From positions 85,117 to 149,116 of the forward strand of contig JAYRZI010000002.1 in the NCBI GenBank assembly GCA_041916575.1: a DNA stretch of 64,000 nt. Direction: 5' to 3'. The position numbers were made by a program, and so were the translations under genes. Below the pieces are notes generated by a model. The model searched no databases. It saw only the letters and a program-made list of their open reading frames with translations, and was not told the DNA's origin. Below are positions 50,120 through 63,583 of the stretch, piece by piece (the stretch's first letter is position 1; the number at the start of each line of letters is the position of its first letter). The DNA comes from Haliangiales bacterium (GTDB lineage: Bacteria > Myxococcota_A > Polyangia > Haliangiales > Haliangiaceae).

Positions 50120-51366
50120 CGCTGATCCTTTCGATCGCTGTTGCCGGCCGCGAGCCGCTGCTGGAGACGCTCCAGCGTGCGCCGCGCGGTGGGCTCGTCC
50201 GGGCACTCTTGCACGCAGAGCTGGAGCAGCTCTTTGGCACGCGCATCGTGCCCTTGCAGGTGCGCGCGCACCGCCTCTGCGACGTGCGCCGCATAGCGCG
50301 ACGGCCTCGGCTGTTCCACAGCCGGTGGCGGAGGCGCAGGCTTGTTTTCGGCGCGCGTCGGCGGCGGTAGGGTGCCAATCGGTAGCGTCTTGCTGCGCAC
50401 CTCGCTCACCGGCAGGTGCACCGCGCCGCCCGCTGGGGCCGGCGGGGCAGCCGCCGCGGGGGCCGCGGTCATCGGCGCGACGACCGCGGCTTCCTTTAGC
50501 ACCGGCGAGGGCTCCGGTGTCGGCGGCGGCACCAGCTTGAGCGTCGGGGTTGGCCGCGGCTCGGAGGCCGGCGGGCTGGACGCGCGGGGGGAGCGGTCCG
50601 CTCGGTCCAGCGCGCCGAGCCTCTTCTGTTCTCTTGGCTCTTGGGGCTCCGTGTGATCTGCCGGCGGCCTCAGCACGATCACCCGGCGGCGGCAAAGCTG
50701 CGCCAGCGCCCGGTGCGCTTGCAGCGCGCCGAGCCCGCAGCTCTGCAGGACGTCCTCGAGCGCGACGATGCCATCGATGAGCGGCACCAGCTCGCGCTCG
50801 TCTTCGGTGAGCGGCAGCTCCTCGATCAAGGCTTCGTCATAGGCCAGCGCGGGAATCTGGCTTAGGTCTCCAAGCTCGGTGCGATACTCCTTCAACAGGC
50901 GCTGCTTCACCACGCTGATGCTGCGTGAGATCGATGGATCGCGAGGCGCTTCGCCATGTGCGGTGTAGAGCAGCGCCAGCGCTTCCTCGAACTTGCGCTC
51001 GCGGATGAGCTCGACGGTGAGGGTCGACAGGGACTCCAGCGAGAGCGGCTCATCGGCCGTGCTCGCTCGCCCGCGGTCCTCTCTTCTCCCAGCGGACCGG
51101 TCGTCTTTGGTGCTGACTCTACCGACCGCGGGCCGCGCTGAGGTCGGTGGCGTCGCTGTGGCGCCGGGCTCAGCTCCTGACTCGCCGGGCTCCGGTGATG
51201 CACCAGCGGCTTCGAGGTACTCGAGCGCCAGATGATGCCCGGGCGACAGGTACAGAACTTCGCGCCAGCACTGAATGGCTTCGGCGACGAGCTGCCGGCC
51301 GTAGTAGTCCAAGCCCCTCTCGAGAAGCTCGTCTAGCCTTTGCCAATCGTTCATGGTGGGCTGCAT
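50116..51366 (-). CDS. hypothetical protein with N-terminal TPR-like helices and a Pro-rich C-terminal half
   Basis: Start MQPTMNDWQRLDELLERGLDYYGRQLVAEAIQCWREVLYLSPGHHLALEYLE. The C-terminus is Pro/Ala low complexity (…PRPTPTLKLVPPPTPEPSP…KPAPPPPAVEQP…). Translationally coupled to the ParA-like gene. Confidence 0.5.
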   Translation of the reverse strand: MQPTMNDWQRLDELLERGLDYYGRQLVAEAIQCWREVLYLSPGHHLALEYLEAAGASPEPGESGAEPGATATPPTSARPAVGRVSTKDDRSAGRREDRGRASTADEPLSLESLSTLTVELIRERKFEEALALLYTAHGEAPRDPSISRSISVVKQRLLKEYRTELGDLSQIPALAYDEALIEELPLTEDERELVPLIDGIVALEDVLQSCGLGALQAHRALAQLCRRRVIVLRPPADHTEPQEPREQKRLGALDRADRSPRASSPPASEPRPTPTLKLVPPPTPEPSPVLKEAAVVAPMTAAPAAAAPPAPAGGAVHLPVSEVRSKTLPIGTLPPPTRAENKPAPPPPAVEQPRPSRYAAHVAEAVRAHLQGHDARAKELLQLCVQECPDEPTARRTLERLQQRLAAGNSDRKDQR

Positions 51367-51764
51367 GGCATACGTCTTTTTCGGACGGTACTGCTGCGTT
51401 CCAGCGCGACGGGCTCCTTCGAAGTGCCCGGATGAGCCGCTCGCGGACGGCCCCGCCATCACACTCCAAAATTGCGTTGCCGTAAAGTGAAGAGATGATT
51501 TTGTCGCTGGGCAGTAGTGGTTTCTCGATCTGCGTCACTGCCTCTCTCAGCGGTCACGCAGCGTCGGATACCCACGTTGGCGCACCGAGGAGGAGATAGC
51601 CTCGGCATCGGTCTTGGTGGGAAGGTAAATTGTTCCGTACGCGCGAACGCCAATTCTGCGAAGCACGTCGGGGGAGAGCCGCATTGATGGATGATCGATC
51701 ACGATTGGTTGCGTGAGCGTGTCCTACAGCCACACTCGCGCGCTCACATATGGGCTGCGAACAC

Positions 51765-52772
51765 TTACGGTTGCTGGGGCGATGGATCGGTCAATGCGTC
51801 CGAATCCGACGCGCTCGAGTGGGCTGGCGCGGGCGCTGCGTTCGTGTTCGACGCAGGGTGGGCGTCTTCGCTGGTTTCCTTGGCTGGCTCGTTACCAATC
51901 GGTTCAGGGCCATCAGGAGCATCGCCGATCGGAGCGGGGGCAGGCTGTGCGACTTCCGGAGTGGAGGGCAGCGGTAGGCCAGCTTCCTGCGTGGCTGCGC
52001 GAAACGCCGCGGTCGAGAGCAGTCCGTCGCGGCGCAGCAGCGTGAGCAGCTTGGCTACCTTGCGCTGCATGGCGGCGCTGCGCCGGCGCGGCGTGCGCAC
52101 GAACGGATTGGGGAGCGCGACCGCCAGCCGTGCCGCCTGCACCGCGGTCAGCTTGCTCGCCGATCTGCCGAACCAGTGGCGCGCGGCAGCCTCTGCGCCG
52201 AACACTCCATCGCCCCACTCCGCCACGTTGAGGTACAGCTCGAGGATGCGCTGCTTGTCGAGCGCTTGCTCGAGGCGCGCGGTGATGAGCAGCTCTCGCA
52301 CTTTGCGCACTACGCTACGTGAGGGAGAGAGATAGAGGTTCTTGGCGAGCTGCTGCGTGATGGTGCTGCCGCCGATCGCCATCGTGCCGCGCTGGTAGTT
52401 GGATTCCACGGCGTTTTCGATGGCGCGCCAGTCCACCCCCTCGTGCTCGTAGAAGCGCGCGTCCTCGGCGTGGACCACGGCTGCGCGCAGCAGTGGGGAG
52501 ATTTGGTCGAGGCGGCGCCATTGCCACTGCAGGCGCAACGCGCGGCGCTGCTCTGCGGCCTGCTGGCGTCGGAGCTCGATGAAGGCGGTGGTGCTCGGGT
52601 TCTTGCGGGCCAGCGGTTCGGGGTCTGGGATCGAGGCCCAAAGCAGGGTCAGTGCGAGCGCGCCGAGCACCAGCGCGGCCTCGGCAGCGGCGGCGAGGGC
52701 CGCCAGCGCGCGGCGTGGGCGGCGTTTGGACGGGACCGGACGAGGGGCCGTGGCGGCGCGGCGAGACGCCAT
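51765..52772 (-). CDS. mtgA: monofunctional biosynthetic peptidoglycan transglycosylase
   Basis: GT51 motifs: …AVVHAEDARFYEHEGVDWRAI…GGSTITQQLAKNLYLS…RKVRELLITARLEQAL…RILELYLNVAEWG…. An N-terminal TM helix and a Pro-rich C-terminal tail. Confidence 0.8.
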   Translation of the reverse strand: MASRRAATAPRPVPSKRRPRRALAALAAAAEAALVLGALALTLLWASIPDPEPLARKNPSTTAFIELRRQQAAEQRRALRLQWQWRRLDQISPLLRAAVVHAEDARFYEHEGVDWRAIENAVESNYQRGTMAIGGSTITQQLAKNLYLSPSRSVVRKVRELLITARLEQALDKQRILELYLNVAEWGDGVFGAEAAARHWFGRSASKLTAVQAARLAVALPNPFVRTPRRRSAAMQRKVAKLLTLLRRDGLLSTAAFRAATQEAGLPLPSTPEVAQPAPAPIGDAPDGPEPIGNEPAKETSEDAHPASNTNAAPAPAHSSASDSDALTDPSPQQP

Positions 52773-52773
52773 G

Positions 52774-53525
52774 TCAGGCCTTGGGGAGCGGAGCCTGGCC
52801 ATCGCTGCCAAACACGGCCGCGACCGTGAGCGAGCGCGCCTGCGCGAAGGCTCGCTTGGCTGCTGCGTCATCGCCGCGCCCGGCCTCGGCTCGCCCCACG
52901 GTGTGCAGGGCCAGGGCGCGCTGCGCGGGGCCCAGGCGCACGTGCCGCGTCAGCGGGGTGAGCTTCGCGATGGCTTCAGCGGGCTCGCCGGCGGCCAGCA
53001 GCAGGCGGCCCTCGGTGAGCTGGGCCGGCAGGCTGCCGCCGGGGCCCAGCGCCGCGGCGCGCGGACGGATGTCCGCTTCGAACAGGGTGTGGGCCTCCGC
53101 GGTGCGCCCCAGCTCGCACAGCGCGCCGACGCGCAGGCAAGCGGCCGCCAGGCGCCACGAGGCTTTGCCTCCGCGCGCCAGCTCGCCGGTGCGCGCGGCC
53201 TCCGCATCTTCGGCGCAGCGAGTCCAGTCGCCCGCGAGCTCGTGGGCCATGGCGCGGTACACCAAGAACGGCGCCTGTCGGCCTTTGCCGCGGCGCGCGA
53301 GCTGTACCTCGATCAAGCGGTGCGCCAGCGCCGCGTCGCCGATCGCGAGCGCGCGGGTGATCTCGGCGTGAAAAGACATCTCTCGAAACAGCGCCCACAT
53401 CACCAGCACCATCGCCAGGCCCACCATGGCGGCGAGCGAGCCGGCCATGGACGCCTCGCTCGACCACACCAGCACGAGGAAGAGCACGGTCATGGCCGCC
53501 GGCACCGGCCAGCTCGTGAGCGCCT

Positions 53526-53529
<4 letters not shown>
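52774..53529 (-). CDS. hypothetical membrane protein with TPR-like C-terminal region
   Basis: Start MKALTSWPVPAAMTVLFLVLVW…; two TM helices followed by helical repeats. Confidence 0.45.
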
Positions 53530-54863
<1,334 letters not shown>

Positions 54864-54963
54864 AGCGATGTGGCTCTCTTACCCTTGGCGCCCCCGGTTG
54901 GCTACTGTTTTGCGTGCGGCTCGGCCGCGCACCAGCGCGCGGTGTGCCAGGCGCGGGCGCGGA

Positions 54964-56742
54964 TCACTCGGGGACCGGGCGCAGGCCTGGGGCGCCATCG
55001 CACTTCACCGGCCGGCGGCCCGGTAGCGCCAGGCGCGGGTGCTTGGGATCGTAGAGGGTGGCCGGATCGAGCCGCTTCTGCCGCTGCGCGCGCAGCACCG
55101 CGGCGAACGCCTCGCGCATGATGACGTCGGTCGACTCTACCTGCTCGAGGGCGATGCCCAGCGAGGCCAGCGCGCCATCGCCGCCCGAGGCGAGGAAGTC
55201 GCTGGTGACCAGGGTGTAGCGGGCTTGCGGGTTCACCGGCTTGCCGGCGATGCGCAGGTCGAGCGCCAGGCCACCGCCCTGGCAGCTCGCCACGATGCGC
55301 AAGCCGCCCCAGGAGGTGTGGGCCCCGGCGCTGGCGACCTGCCGGGTCACGAGCTGGCGGATCTGCTGGCCGGTGAGGGTGAGGAACACGAAGCGATTGT
55401 CGAACGGCATCGCCTCGAAGAGCTGGCCGTAGGTGATCTCGCCGGCCGGTACGTCGGAGCGCAGGCCGCCGCCGTTGGTCATCGCGACCTGGGCACGCGG
55501 GTTGGCGGCCAGCATCATGTCGGTGAACCAGTTGCCGAGCGCGGACTCACGCTCGTATTCGCGGCGGATGGGCGCGGTGGCGGTCACCGTCAGCTTCTCT
55601 TCGCGGCGCGCGCGCGTGCGCTCCCAGGCGCCGGAGACGAGCTGGTCGAGGGCGGTGTCGCGAGTCACCGGCTTGCCCTCGTAGTCGCCAGGGGCGCAGC
55701 GCTCGGTCGGCACCGGCGCGTTGTCGGGGCCGGGCGGGCACAGCTCGCGTGGCGGATGGATGCGCGCGCTGGTGACCTTGCCGCTGGCGTCGACCTGCAA
55801 GTCGACGCGGCCGAAGGCGCGGCCGTTGGCGTACGACTCGATGATAGGCACGCCGTTGACCCGGTGGGCCACCGCGCGGTGGGTGTGGCCGGCGACGATG
55901 ACATCCACGGTGCCGGGCGGCAGCGCGTTGGCCAGCACGAAGGCCTCCTCGGAGGCATCGCACGAGGAGTGATCGTCGGGGTTGGACAGGTCCGAGCACT
56001 TGCCGCCGAGGTGAGCGGCCACCGCGATCACGGTGGCGCCCAGCGCGCGCAACCGGCGCGCCTCGGCGATGGTGGACGCGGCCGGCTCGGTCATCTTGAG
56101 GCCTACGAAGTTGGCCGGCATGGTGGTGCGCGGCGTCGACTCGGTCGACAGGCCGATGACGCCGATCTTGATCCCGGCCACCTCGGTCAAGGTGGAGGTC
56201 TTGACGTTTTTCCACGTCACCGGCGCGCCGGTCTTCTCGTCGAGGATGTTGGCGGTGAGCAGCGGGAACGCGGCCTCGGCGGCGCGCGCCTTGAGTGCCC
56301 CCCAGCGATCCTCGGCGGGGCTCTGCGCCACCACTGCCGGGCCGACCGGGCCGAAATCGAACTCGTGGTTGCCGACCGCGGCGCCGGCGTAGCCGAGCAG
56401 GTTGTAGGCCGCGACCACGTCGGCGCCCTCGGCCACGTTGGACTCGAGGGTGCCCTGGAACAGGTCGCCGCCATCGAGCAGGAGCACCCCGCCGCCATCC
56501 GCGGCGCGAGCGGCGCGCAGGTTGGCGAGGTAGCCGCCGAGGATCGGCAGCCGCGGCAGCGCGCCGTGCAGGTCGTTGGTGCCGACGATGGAGAGCGTCA
56601 GCGGCGCCCGTGGCGCGGCTGGCTGGGGCGGTGCAGGCGGCACGCCCTGGCCCGGCGGGCCAGGGGGAATGGGCGCCTGGATCGGCGCGCCGCAGGACAA
56701 GAGCGCCACCGAGAGGGTGGCGGCGACGAGAGAGCGCAGCAT
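54964..56742 (-). CDS. bifunctional metallophosphatase/5'-nucleotidase lipoprotein
   Basis: Lipobox LLSCG. Calcineurin-like motifs (…[10 protein letters not shown]…, …GGDLFQG…, …GNHEFD…, …VAGHTH…) and a C-terminal 5'-nucleotidase domain. Confidence 0.75.
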   Translation of the reverse strand: MLRSLVAATLSVALLSCGAPIQAPIPPGPPGQGVPPAPPQPAAPRAPLTLSIVGTNDLHGALPRLPILGGYLANLRAARAADGGGVLLLDGGDLFQGTLESNVAEGADVVAAYNLLGYAGAAVGNHEFDFGPVGPAVVAQSPAEDRWGALKARAAEAAFPLLTANILDEKTGAPVTWKNVKTSTLTEVAGIKIGVIGLSTESTPRTTMPANFVGLKMTEPAASTIAEARRLRALGATVIAVAAHLGGKCSDLSNPDDHSSCDASEEAFVLANALPPGTVDVIVAGHTHRAVAHRVNGVPIIESYANGRAFGRVDLQVDASGKVTSARIHPPRELCPPGPDNAPVPTERCAPGDYEGKPVTRDTALDQLVSGAWERTRARREEKLTVTATAPIRREYERESALGNWFTDMMLAANPRAQVAMTNGGGLRSDVPAGEITYGQLFEAMPFDNRFVFLTLTGQQIRQLVTRQVASAGAHTSWGGLRIVASCQGGGLALDLRIAGKPVNPQARYTLVTSDFLASGGDGALASLGIALEQVESTDVIMREAFAAVLRAQRQKRLDPATLYDPKHPRLALPGRRPVKCDGAPGLRPVPE

Positions 56743-56820
56743 GGGCGCTACTCTACCTCAAGGGCGCGCGCGCGGTGTCAAGCGTGCGCCAGACCCACGA
56801 GCCTGGCGCGTCGGCGCGAG

Positions 56821-57252
56821 CTAGCGCGTCAGCGTCGACAGCTCGGCGGCCGAGAAGAAGAACGCGATCTCCTCCTTGGCGGTCTCGGGGGCATCCGAGC
56901 CGTGCACGGCGTTGCGCTCGATGTTGGTGGCGAACTCCTTGCGGATGGTGCCTTCGGCCGCCTTCTCGGGGTTGGTCGCGCCCATCACCTCGCGGTTCTT
57001 GGCGATCGCGCCTTCGCCTTCGAGCACCTGCACCACCACCGGGCCCTCGGTCATGAACTTGACGAGGTCGTTGTAGAACGGGCGCTCTTTGTGGACCGCA
57101 TAGAAGGCCTTGGCCTGCGCCTCGGTGAGGCGCATCATGCGCGAGGCGACGACGCGGAGGCCGGCGGCCTCGAGCTTGGAGATGACACCGCCGATGCAGT
57201 TCTTGGCGACGGCGTCCGGCTTGATGATGGAGAAAGTGCGTTCGATGGCCAT
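56821..57252 (-). CDS. ndk: nucleoside-diphosphate kinase
   Basis: Start [15 protein letters not shown]…, with …NAVHGSD…. 143 aa; the upstream extension in the track is not coding. Confidence 0.9.
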   Translation of the reverse strand: MAIERTFSIIKPDAVAKNCIGGVISKLEAAGLRVVASRMMRLTEAQAKAFYAVHKERPFYNDLVKFMTEGPVVVQVLEGEGAIAKNREVMGATNPEKAAEGTIRKEFATNIERNAVHGSDAPETAKEEIAFFFSAAELSTLTR

Positions 57253-57487
57253 GGGAAGCTCCGACGGAAAATAGGGCCGCGAGGCGGCGGCGCGGAATCT
57301 AGACGATCTGACCTGGCCTTTCAACCCGAGGGCAGCGGAGTGACCGCGCCAGCGGCGCACCGGTCCGGCCCTTGCTCGATAGGTGCATTTTGCGCGTTGG
57401 CTTTCGCCGCAAAGGCGCCGAATCCGCGCTCGGTTTGTGGTAAGCCCCAACCCCCCCGGGCCGTTCCCGGGCCCTTGGGAGCCCGCG

Positions 57488-59550
<2,063 letters not shown>

Positions 59551-59695
59551 GGGGCGGAGCTGGGCTGGGGCCGCTTGGGAGCGTCGAGAGCTGCCGCGCG
59601 CTGACGCTGCGGAAGTCCTCGTTTGCAAAACGAAAGTGGCGCGCGCCGAGGGCCGTGCGGTACCGTGCCCGCACGACCTTTCTTGGCGGGTGCCC

Positions 59696-60934
59696 ATGCT
59701 CACTCAGCTCTCGTTTCAGAACTATCGCACCTTCGAGCGGCCGGAGACGGTAGACCTTCGCCCGCTGACCGTGCTCATCGGGCGCAACAGCTCGGGTAAG
59801 AGCGCGATCGCCAGGTTACCCCTCTTGCTCGAGCGTGGCCTGTCGGGCAACGCCGAGGTGCCGTTGGCGCTCGAATTCGATGGTCACGACTTCGGCGCTT
59901 CGTTCGCGGATCTGGTGACCAACCGGCTGACCACCCGCGGGATCACGCTAGGGGTAAAAGGGCGCAGTGATGAGCACGACACGCCGTTCGAGTTGCGGGT
60001 CACCGTTGGGTACTGGCCCGAGTATCAGCTCCAGGCCATTCGCCAGTATCGATACTACTGGGAAGGCCAAGTCCGCTATGATCTCGAGTGGGATGGCGCC
60101 AGCGATCCCAACCAGCAGATGCTCTACCGTGATCACAAAAGCGGTCAGGTGCAGGAGCTCTCCTTCGCTGGCTTGATGCCGATCTTTACCAACATGATGG
60201 AGAGGGTCGATTTTCCGGTGGTTCGCTACCTCGGGCCGTTCCGCGACGCGCCGGCACGCGACGAGCGGATTCCGGAGGGCTCGACGTTCGAGGTCGGTCC
60301 ACGCGGTGGCAATGCCGCGCGGGTGCTGGCCAGCGACTGGATTCGTCGCGGGGGCAAGGTCCTGCAGCAGGTAGGGCAGTGGTACCGCGAACATCTGGGC
60401 GGGTGGCAGCTCGATCTGGAGCGCGATGGGCAGCGGTTTGCGGTGGTGCTGCGTTCGCCGCATGAACAGAGCGTCACGGTGAACCTGCGCGATGCAGGCG
60501 TCGGCCTCAGTCAGGTACTCCCCGTCGTCGTGCAGCATGAGCTGGACCGCGCCGGCGTTGCTCACGATCTCCTCCCCGGTGTGTCGACGCTCAACATCAT
60601 CGAGCAGCCGGAGCTGCATCTGCATCCCGGCGCTCATGGCGCGCTGGCAGACCTATACCTCGAGGCGATCGGTCGCGATGCCGGCCAGTTTCTCATCGAG
60701 ACTCACTCTGAGAACTTCCTCCTGCGCATCCGGCGCCGCATCGCAGAAGGGACCTTCTCGGCCGACGACGTTGCGCTCTACTGGGTCAACGACGATCTCG
60801 CCGCGACGCCGCGGGTTCGTCGCATCCACATCGATTCTCAGGGTGAGGTCGACTTTTGGCCGCGCGGCGTGTTCTCCGAGGATCTAGAGGAGGTCAAGGC
60901 CATTCGAGCGGCGCAGCGAGGGCGCGCGCCGTGA
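59696..60934 (+). CDS. ABC-type AAA family ATPase with a DUF3696-like C-terminal region (COG4938-like; OLD/AriA-like architecture)
   Basis: N-terminus [36 protein letters not shown] (Walker A). C-terminal …[26 protein letters not shown]…[21 protein letters not shown]…DDVALYWV gives an ABC D-loop/Walker B and an H-loop ETHS. Mostly α-helical between the two halves. Confidence 0.7.
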   Translation: MLTQLSFQNYRTFERPETVDLRPLTVLIGRNSSGKSAIARLPLLLERGLSGNAEVPLALEFDGHDFGASFADLVTNRLTTRGITLGVKGRSDEHDTPFELRVTVGYWPEYQLQAIRQYRYYWEGQVRYDLEWDGASDPNQQMLYRDHKSGQVQELSFAGLMPIFTNMMERVDFPVVRYLGPFRDAPARDERIPEGSTFEVGPRGGNAARVLASDWIRRGGKVLQQVGQWYREHLGGWQLDLERDGQRFAVVLRSPHEQSVTVNLRDAGVGLSQVLPVVVQHELDRAGVAHDLLPGVSTLNIIEQPELHLHPGAHGALADLYLEAIGRDAGQFLIETHSENFLLRIRRRIAEGTFSADDVALYWVNDDLAATPRVRRIHIDSQGEVDFWPRGVFSEDLEEVKAIRAAQRGRAP

Positions 60935-61911
60935 AGGTATCGCTCGATGTCTCGGTGACCGCCCGACCTGAGGAGCATGGCCACGATCTCGATGCGATCG
61001 TAAGGCGCTGCGAACTCGGGCAACACACTTGGCAGATCGACGACCTCGACGAGCTCCTCGCCTCGGAGTGGATGAAAGGCAAGGCCGCTTGGGACAAACA
61101 AGCTCGCTACGCAGAGAAGGTCTTCACGGACCTCATCTATGCGCCGCGGCGAACGGGGCTCTGGCTGTTGGTGACACAGGCCCCAGCTCCCGTTGGCTCC
61201 TCTACTCAGCGCTACTGTGTGCCCAAAGAGGCCCGGACGATCCTCGAAGAGCCCGCCTATCTGGTCGTCGAGAACAAGGGTTCCGATGGAGCGTTCTTGC
61301 GCGCTATCGCGCGTGTCTACTCTCGTGAGCGGGTCGTGCACGCGCTGGATCAGGGTTGGCTCGAGCCTGCGTCTGGCGGCGGCGGTGGTGAAGTGAAGAA
61401 GGAGGTACTACGCCTTCTCGGATCGCCGAACCCCGTTGCGCCCTGGAGGGTCATGGCCGTGCTCGATAGCGACCGGCTGATACCAGGGACGCTTCCCGAC
61501 AAGGTGAGCAAGCTGCAGCAAGAGCTGATGGGCTTGGGCGTCGCCGTGTGGGTACTCTTCAAACGCGAGATCGAGAACTACCTTCCGTACTCGCTGCTCG
61601 ATTCGCCGAGACGACACGAGGTCTACGTTTCTTTCATGCAATTGACGCGAGAACAACAGGACCACTACGACATGAAGGAGGGGTTTACGAAGAAGAAGGG
61701 CGCACAGGGCGTCGAAGTTCCTGCCGAGCAGGACCACCTCTTCAAGCAGGTCAGCGACTGGCATCGGACTCGGCTGCGCCGTGGTTTTGGCGACGACATT
61801 GGAAGCCGCTTCGGTCAGGCTTCGCTGGACCGCGAGGAGCTCGACACCGTATGCTCCTCCAACCCCGGGGAGCTAGAGCGCCTCCTCGATGCTCTCGAAT
61901 CGATCCTCTGA
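60931..61911 (+). CDS. Toprim-like (OLD / DUF4435 / DUF4276-like) putative nuclease
   Basis: GTG start overlaps the ATPase stop (GTGA). …AYLVVENKGSDGAFL… (Toprim Glu), about 60 aa, …VMAVLDSDRLIPG… (DxD), then …LFKREIENYLPYSLL…. Call made from motifs only. Confidence 0.45.
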   Translation: MKVSLDVSVTARPEEHGHDLDAIVRRCELGQHTWQIDDLDELLASEWMKGKAAWDKQARYAEKVFTDLIYAPRRTGLWLLVTQAPAPVGSSTQRYCVPKEARTILEEPAYLVVENKGSDGAFLRAIARVYSRERVVHALDQGWLEPASGGGGGEVKKEVLRLLGSPNPVAPWRVMAVLDSDRLIPGTLPDKVSKLQQELMGLGVAVWVLFKREIENYLPYSLLDSPRRHEVYVSFMQLTREQQDHYDMKEGFTKKKGAQGVEVPAEQDHLFKQVSDWHRTRLRRGFGDDIGSRFGQASLDREELDTVCSSNPGELERLLDALESIL

Positions 61912-61915
61912 GCCC

Positions 61916-63583
61916 ATGGCACAAGAATCTTCTGCCCCTGCCTTTGTCGTCAAGCCCGAGGTAGTCTTCCTCGAAGAGCTGTTCGAGGAGATCAAGCAAG
62001 GCAAGCTGCGCAGCCCGCGGTTCCAGCGTCCCTTCATCTGGGACGCCGAGGCCATGCGCAAGCTGTTCGAGAGCGTGGTGAAGGGCTATCCGATCGGCAG
62101 CCTACTCATTTGGGATCCTGGAGAGTATTACGAGTGCTTGCCTCACTTCGGGCCGATTGGACAAGAAGAGCCTGCCCGCGATCGCAAGGATCTGGCCTAC
62201 GTGCTGGACGGTCAGCACCGGCTGGCCACGCTCTATGGCGCGACTCATGTAGTTGGTGAACCGCCGGAGCAGTCCGAACTCAGGCGTTGGTGGATGTGGT
62301 ACGACCTCGACGAAGAGGAGTTCACTCATGCTCCGCGAGGCCACGTGGGGCCACATCATCTGCCGCTGCGCAGCATCTTGGGCACCACGGACTTCTTGCA
62401 ATTCTGCAGTCGGCTACTGAAGGAGCGGACTCGCGATGGCCAGGTGCTGGTCGGCCGCGCCGAGCGGCTGGCGCGCCTGATTCGTGGCTTCAAAGTGCCG
62501 GTGGTTCGAATTCGTGGTGGAGCGCTGGAGGACGCCAGCGAGATCTTCTCCCGGCTCAACTCATCTGGCAAGCCGATGGCCGCCGATCAACTCGTCTCGG
62601 CGTTGACCTATCGCGAAGGGCCGGGGGCCTTCGATCTGGCGGCGCGCATCAGCGAGATCTTGACCCAGCTCGGCGAGTTCCATTTTGCAGGAGTGGAGCG
62701 CTCTGCGGTGCTCCGTACTCTCGCGGGCACCGCCGGGATTCGCATTCACAGTAAACCGGGGACGCAGGTCGCGAACTTCTTGTTCAGCGAGAAGTTCACC
62801 CCCGCGAGTCGTGAAGAGCTGGTGGGAAAGACGCGCGATGGACTGGTGGCGGCGGCGCGGTGGCTATCGGTACGTTGTGGAGTGAAGTGCGATCACTTGC
62901 TGCCGTATGCCATGCAGCTCGTGCTGCTCTCGCAGTTCTGGTATCGACGTGCTCCCAGCGCCCACGAAGAGCAGGTGCTGCGCCGCTGGTTCTTCGCCAC
63001 CTCGTTCACCGGCTGGTTCGCCGGCGGCAACACCAAGCAGATCAATGATGATCTCGCGGATATGGGCCGCTTCGCGGAACATGGGCAGCAGAGCTTCCCG
63101 GTCTTCGATGAGCGAGCCAAACCGTTTCCTGAGCGCTTCGACTTGCGCGCGGCACGCGTGCGCGCGTTCCTTCTGGCGACGTTGATCCCGGCGCAGCCGT
63201 TGTATCGAGCGAGCCAGCCGGTAGACCTCGTGCCGATCTTCACCGATGACGATGCGGCGGTGGTGCCCAAGGTGTTCTCTCGACGCGAGGGCTCCGTCGC
63301 TGCCAGCTCACCGGCCAATCGAATCCTGTTGCCCAACCGTGATGGCAAAGGCGCGCGCCAGCAGCTCCTGGATTTGTCTGCAGACGAACAAGAAGTCGTG
63401 CTTCGCAGCCACTGCATCAATGACCTGGCTTTTCGCGCCCTGGAAGACGACGACCTGGAGGCGTTCGTGGCCGCCCGCACCATCTTCCTCATGGCCAGGG
63501 AGCGAGAGCTCTTTGCCGAGCTGCAGCTCGCGTTTCCGGATCGCGACGCCGAGGAGGCGGTGCCAGACGCCGGTGGCGGCTGA
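61916..63583 (+). CDS. DUF262 (ParB/Srx-like, GmrSD N-terminal type) domain protein
   Basis: …FQRPFIWDAEAMRKLFESVVKGYPIGSLLIW… and …YVLDGQHRLATL… are the DUF262 signatures. 555 aa. The C-terminal part shows no obvious H-N-H (DUF1524) motif. Starts 5 nt after the previous stop. Confidence 0.65.
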   Translation: MAQESSAPAFVVKPEVVFLEELFEEIKQGKLRSPRFQRPFIWDAEAMRKLFESVVKGYPIGSLLIWDPGEYYECLPHFGPIGQEEPARDRKDLAYVLDGQHRLATLYGATHVVGEPPEQSELRRWWMWYDLDEEEFTHAPRGHVGPHHLPLRSILGTTDFLQFCSRLLKERTRDGQVLVGRAERLARLIRGFKVPVVRIRGGALEDASEIFSRLNSSGKPMAADQLVSALTYREGPGAFDLAARISEILTQLGEFHFAGVERSAVLRTLAGTAGIRIHSKPGTQVANFLFSEKFTPASREELVGKTRDGLVAAARWLSVRCGVKCDHLLPYAMQLVLLSQFWYRRAPSAHEEQVLRRWFFATSFTGWFAGGNTKQINDDLADMGRFAEHGQQSFPVFDERAKPFPERFDLRAARVRAFLLATLIPAQPLYRASQPVDLVPIFTDDDAAVVPKVFSRREGSVAASSPANRILLPNRDGKGARQQLLDLSADEQEVVLRSHCINDLAFRALEDDDLEAFVAARTIFLMARERELFAELQLAFPDRDAEEAVPDAGGG

